Of a stretch of 64,000 nucleotides of DNA, positions 60,714 through 64,000 are shown piece by piece. The stretch is from assembly GCA_017654855.1 (NCBI GenBank), contig CM030332.1, positions 2,108,001-2,172,000 on the forward strand. Direction: 5' to 3'. A program made the position numbers and the translations under genes. Source of the stretch: Podospora anserina. Lineage: Eukaryota. Each line of letters begins with the position of its first letter. The first letter of the stretch is position 1. The notes beneath the pieces were generated by a model, which worked only from the letters and a program-made list of their open reading frames with translations, did no database searches and was not told the origin of the DNA.

Positions 60714-62740
60714 GGGCCTCTTTGTGTTCGAACACTGTATTACTATATAATTATCACGGAACACCAGTAACGAGGACATGAATGATGATCAGACATGAAA
60801 GAATAACGAGCCACCTTTGGACACCGGAATAAGTATTGCAAACTTGTAGTGACAACACCAAGACCAGAGACAGCCAAACAGAAAGTGATGATGTAACCAC
60901 TTGTGCCAAGACAAAACGTCAAGAAGATCGGCAGCAGGGGTCATCCGTGTAAGTGACCAGCAGTCTACCGAGTGACCCAGCGTTCTGGGTCGAGCTGGGA
61001 CCTGGGAGCTGTTCCCGGTCGACGCTGTCGTGATGGGGTGGGCGTCTTCCGCCAGGAGTTTGGTCTTGGCAGGGGAGCGAGAGGCATGCCTTCGGGCGTG
61101 GCGTCGAGGGCTGTACATACACTACCACTGCCGTTCAGCTGCCGGGCTTCCCCACGTGGGAACAGGTTCTGAGGAATTGGTCTATGCTTTCCAGCTGTGT
61201 GGCGGTGGTAGCTAGGAGTTGAGGATAGGATCGGATGGTAACTATAGAGTAGGTCAGGGGTATCGAGATATTCGCGATGGCGTGGTCTTGACGTGGCTCA
61301 CAATCATGGACTTTTACCTACCTTAGTTGTTGGCAAGGAGCTCATCATGACAGCCTCATTTCCCCCACGAGCCATCAGGCTTAACCAGTCACGCCAGTTA
61401 TCCGCGCCATGTCCCAGTTGTTCGGTACGGGTGACTGTCCGTGCTGCCATCATGTATAGACTTTTGCGGAATGCCGCCAGAACCACGCGCGATCCCATAG
61501 CTCCATGCATCCATGTCCCCCCAGCACGAGGTGGCTTGCAACCCCTTCCCCCAGATCTCGTACGCAGACCAATAACCATCCCTCCCTTCTCCCCAATTCC
61601 CACGAGACAGGTGAAGAAGCAGCGCGACATCCCCAAATGTACTGTACCTCCCCCCGGGTTTCCCCTTCGGGTTTTTGGTCCCCCACATCTCTGCGAGACA
61701 CTGTCTCTGCAACTCCGGGTCGTCCAATGAACCGCAGCCCGTAGGAATCGGACATCTGCCCGATAGTGGGGCAGTAAACATGCCTGCGGCAGGGCTATCC
61801 GGGGCCCCGAACGGTCCCGACACTCTGTGCGCATGCAGCCCAGTGGCTCAGGTGGCTGGTTGGGGATCTTGGCTTCGTTTTTTCGCGATAGGTGCTGCGA
61901 TTATGCTGCGGCTGCATCGATAACATGAGCAGGATATTCCCCATCGGCAAGGGGATATTGAAGTTTTGGGCGGAAAAGTGTCGATGTCTCACTTTGCGTG
62001 TCGTAGTAAGTAGTATACACTGCAGGCTGTCAGTCTATTTCGGAACTTCATGATCTTCCTGATGGCGCCTGCAATAGGAATTCGCGATGCCCCCTTGAAT
62101 GAAGGGTTGGGGTTAATGATGACCGGAATCAGCCCGACCGGCAATGAACGACATGTTAGGTATCCATGAGATAGAAATCATACCTACCTACCTACGCTGC
62201 TTGAGATGTAGGGCGTGTCTTGAACATTCAAAGCGTTGGGGAGGGACATTTCAATTATCTCTTTGTTGCCAACCAAGCACGGGACTCAAACAAATCAGGA
62301 CTGGAAACAGACGGGGCATGGAGATGTGGATCGGAAGTTGTAGGGGCGTTAGAAAACTGAAGATAGGTAAGGTAGATAATGCCGAGAAGGCCATTTCATG
62401 GCAATGTTCGGGGTATAGAAGTGATGGCCCGCTGAGTTGATAGTGCTCGCAGAGCAAGCTTGCTCCTACCTAGCCGGTCAACGCTCACCCGCAACAAAAA
62501 CGTAGCGCTCCAGTGGGTATCGACCTTCGTGCTTTCAAGTTTTTGCCTGGCCCACCAATAATTCCGCTTTCTTCGGTCCACACTTTCCCTCTACTTACCT
62601 ACCCACTCCATCATCTTCCTGCAGTCGGCCAAGTCTTGTTTGCCCGTTGCTCTACCTCACATTTCCCCGTCGACCTTCCACCTCTGACCCCCAAACATCG
62701 ACCTATTACAACCTTTATTGCTTTACAAAAGAGGTCGAGA

Positions 62741-63983
62741 TGTCGGGGAGAACTGCTGAAACCCCTCTCAGCGAGTTTGGAAGTCGGAGTGACCGCCACC
62801 GCAACGACATGGACCAGTCGAATGGACAGAGTCCAGAGCCACTGGAGTGAACAATTCAAATCTTCCCTGGCTCCACGACCAGTTTTCCCATTCCCGAAGT
62901 CGGCATCCAAGTTCAGATGCCCCCTCTGGTAAATAATATGACTTCATCGGCTGTTGGCCGTGGTCGGGTCCCGCCAACAGTGAAGATCATTGCCTTTCCA
63001 TCGCCACTACTGCCGCACCTCGCCCACCCCAAGAAGAATGGAGAAGCGCTCCACAAGTCCAACTCCCCACTCTCGCCAGGGGAGATTCGTCCCAAGCCAG
63101 ATATACAGTCGCCAACCCAGGCGACCAGGGGTTGACCGGTATCACTCGTGTCACGAAACGCGGAGTGAGGGGTGGTTTTCGCATCAATCAAGCTCGGTGC
63201 CCGTCTCCACAGGAAGGCCCGCAGGTGTTGAGAGTATGGGCCGTCACCAGCAACCATCACGATCGAGAGAGCGGAGCCCAGCTCATGGTGGTTTTCGGGA
63301 TGATCGCGCTCCGCACCACAGCCAGAGTCCCTATGAACCTGTCATGTCGAAAGAGCCTCCTTATGGTGATTCGTATGGAGCAGGCTTTCTTGAGCAAAGA
63401 ATTGCCAGCAAGCAGAGGACAGTTGGGAACGAGGAACGTCGATCTCAACAACCTCGAAAGCACCGCCAAGGCTCTACCATGGAGCGTCCTCACCGCCAAA
63501 AAGCCCGAATCTCGCACCAGGCTTCGGTTTGCTAGGCTCGCGTTAAAAGAGCTCGAGTTTCAAGCTGATAAGTTGTCCGGGGCCCAACCAGGCTCTACCA
63601 AGGAATGGGGACCGGTTATATCTGATGCTCAGCCGCCAATACCTCCGCCCCACCACTATACCACCCAAGGGCCGCCTCCGAGGGGTATACCAGTCGGGCC
63701 CCGCAGGCAGGATCGATCGAGGGGAGCTACCAGAGCTCAGAGATATAGGTTCTTCACTGAGCAGAGTCGGGATGCTGGGCAGGCTGAGGTCATGCCTTCT
63801 GTCGAGGGCAGAGAGGAGTCCACATTTGAGCAGTTGGAAAAGAATGATATGTTGCTTCAGGCGAGAAACAAGCAGGACATGGTTTTGTTTGGGGCGCATG
63901 ACATGAGAAATGTTTTTGATATGGATCGTGAGAAGAGAAGACCGGAAAATTGGGAGGAGGATATCAATGATTTGCCATACTAG
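62741..63983 (+). pseudogene. Broken or unresolved coding region for an R/S/P-rich disordered protein
   Basis: Protein-like segments lie in different frames: 62990-63535 (RSRERSP...) and the distal part of 63132-63983 (PPPRGIPVGPR...EEDINDLPY). I found no convincing intron to join them. Confidence 0.4.
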
Positions 63984-64000
63984 AAGGGTTTGGTGCCATG

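Noticed and set aside
1-64000. tRNA, 5S rRNA, transposase/RT, Starship captain, het/NLR or Spok genes
   Set aside because: Looked for by eye and not recognised; absence is not proven without covariance-model and HMM searches.

Overview
Eukaryotic (filamentous ascomycete) nuclear DNA, not prokaryotic. Genes carry short GT-AG introns with CTAAC/CTGAC branch sites. The gene content and a decayed 18S/ITS1 fragment point to a Sordariales fungus, possibly Podospora-like (inference). I could model about 13 protein-coding genes by eye. Left arm: a UBX-domain p97/Cdc48 adaptor (Ubx5/UBXN7-like, running off the left edge), ECM29 and a three-RRM NAM8/NGR1-like RNA-binding protein. Middle: a small 4-TM membrane protein, a GFA/Mss4-like Zn protein, two small proteins and an amino-acid/GABA permease. 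Right arm: a secreted aspartic protease, a class II heme peroxidase, an atypical Pro-rich kinase, a CBM1-GH5 endoglucanase, a type-B carboxylesterase and a coiled-coil protein. Two long gene-poor tracts (about 8.7-20.8 kb and 22.3-31.6 kb) hold decayed coding relics. The most unusual element is a 7-unit repeat/spacer array at 28605-29061: a conserved core of about 44 nt with variable 21-29-nt linkers that do not preserve frame. Also notable are a dispersed rDNA relic at about 25.1 kb, a perfect 21-bp inverted repeat pair at 41950/42364, unusual splicing features of the NAM8-like gene, and several spliced units with no long ORF. No tRNA, 5S rRNA, intact transposon or cas gene was recognised. 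All gene names come from motif recognition, not database searches.
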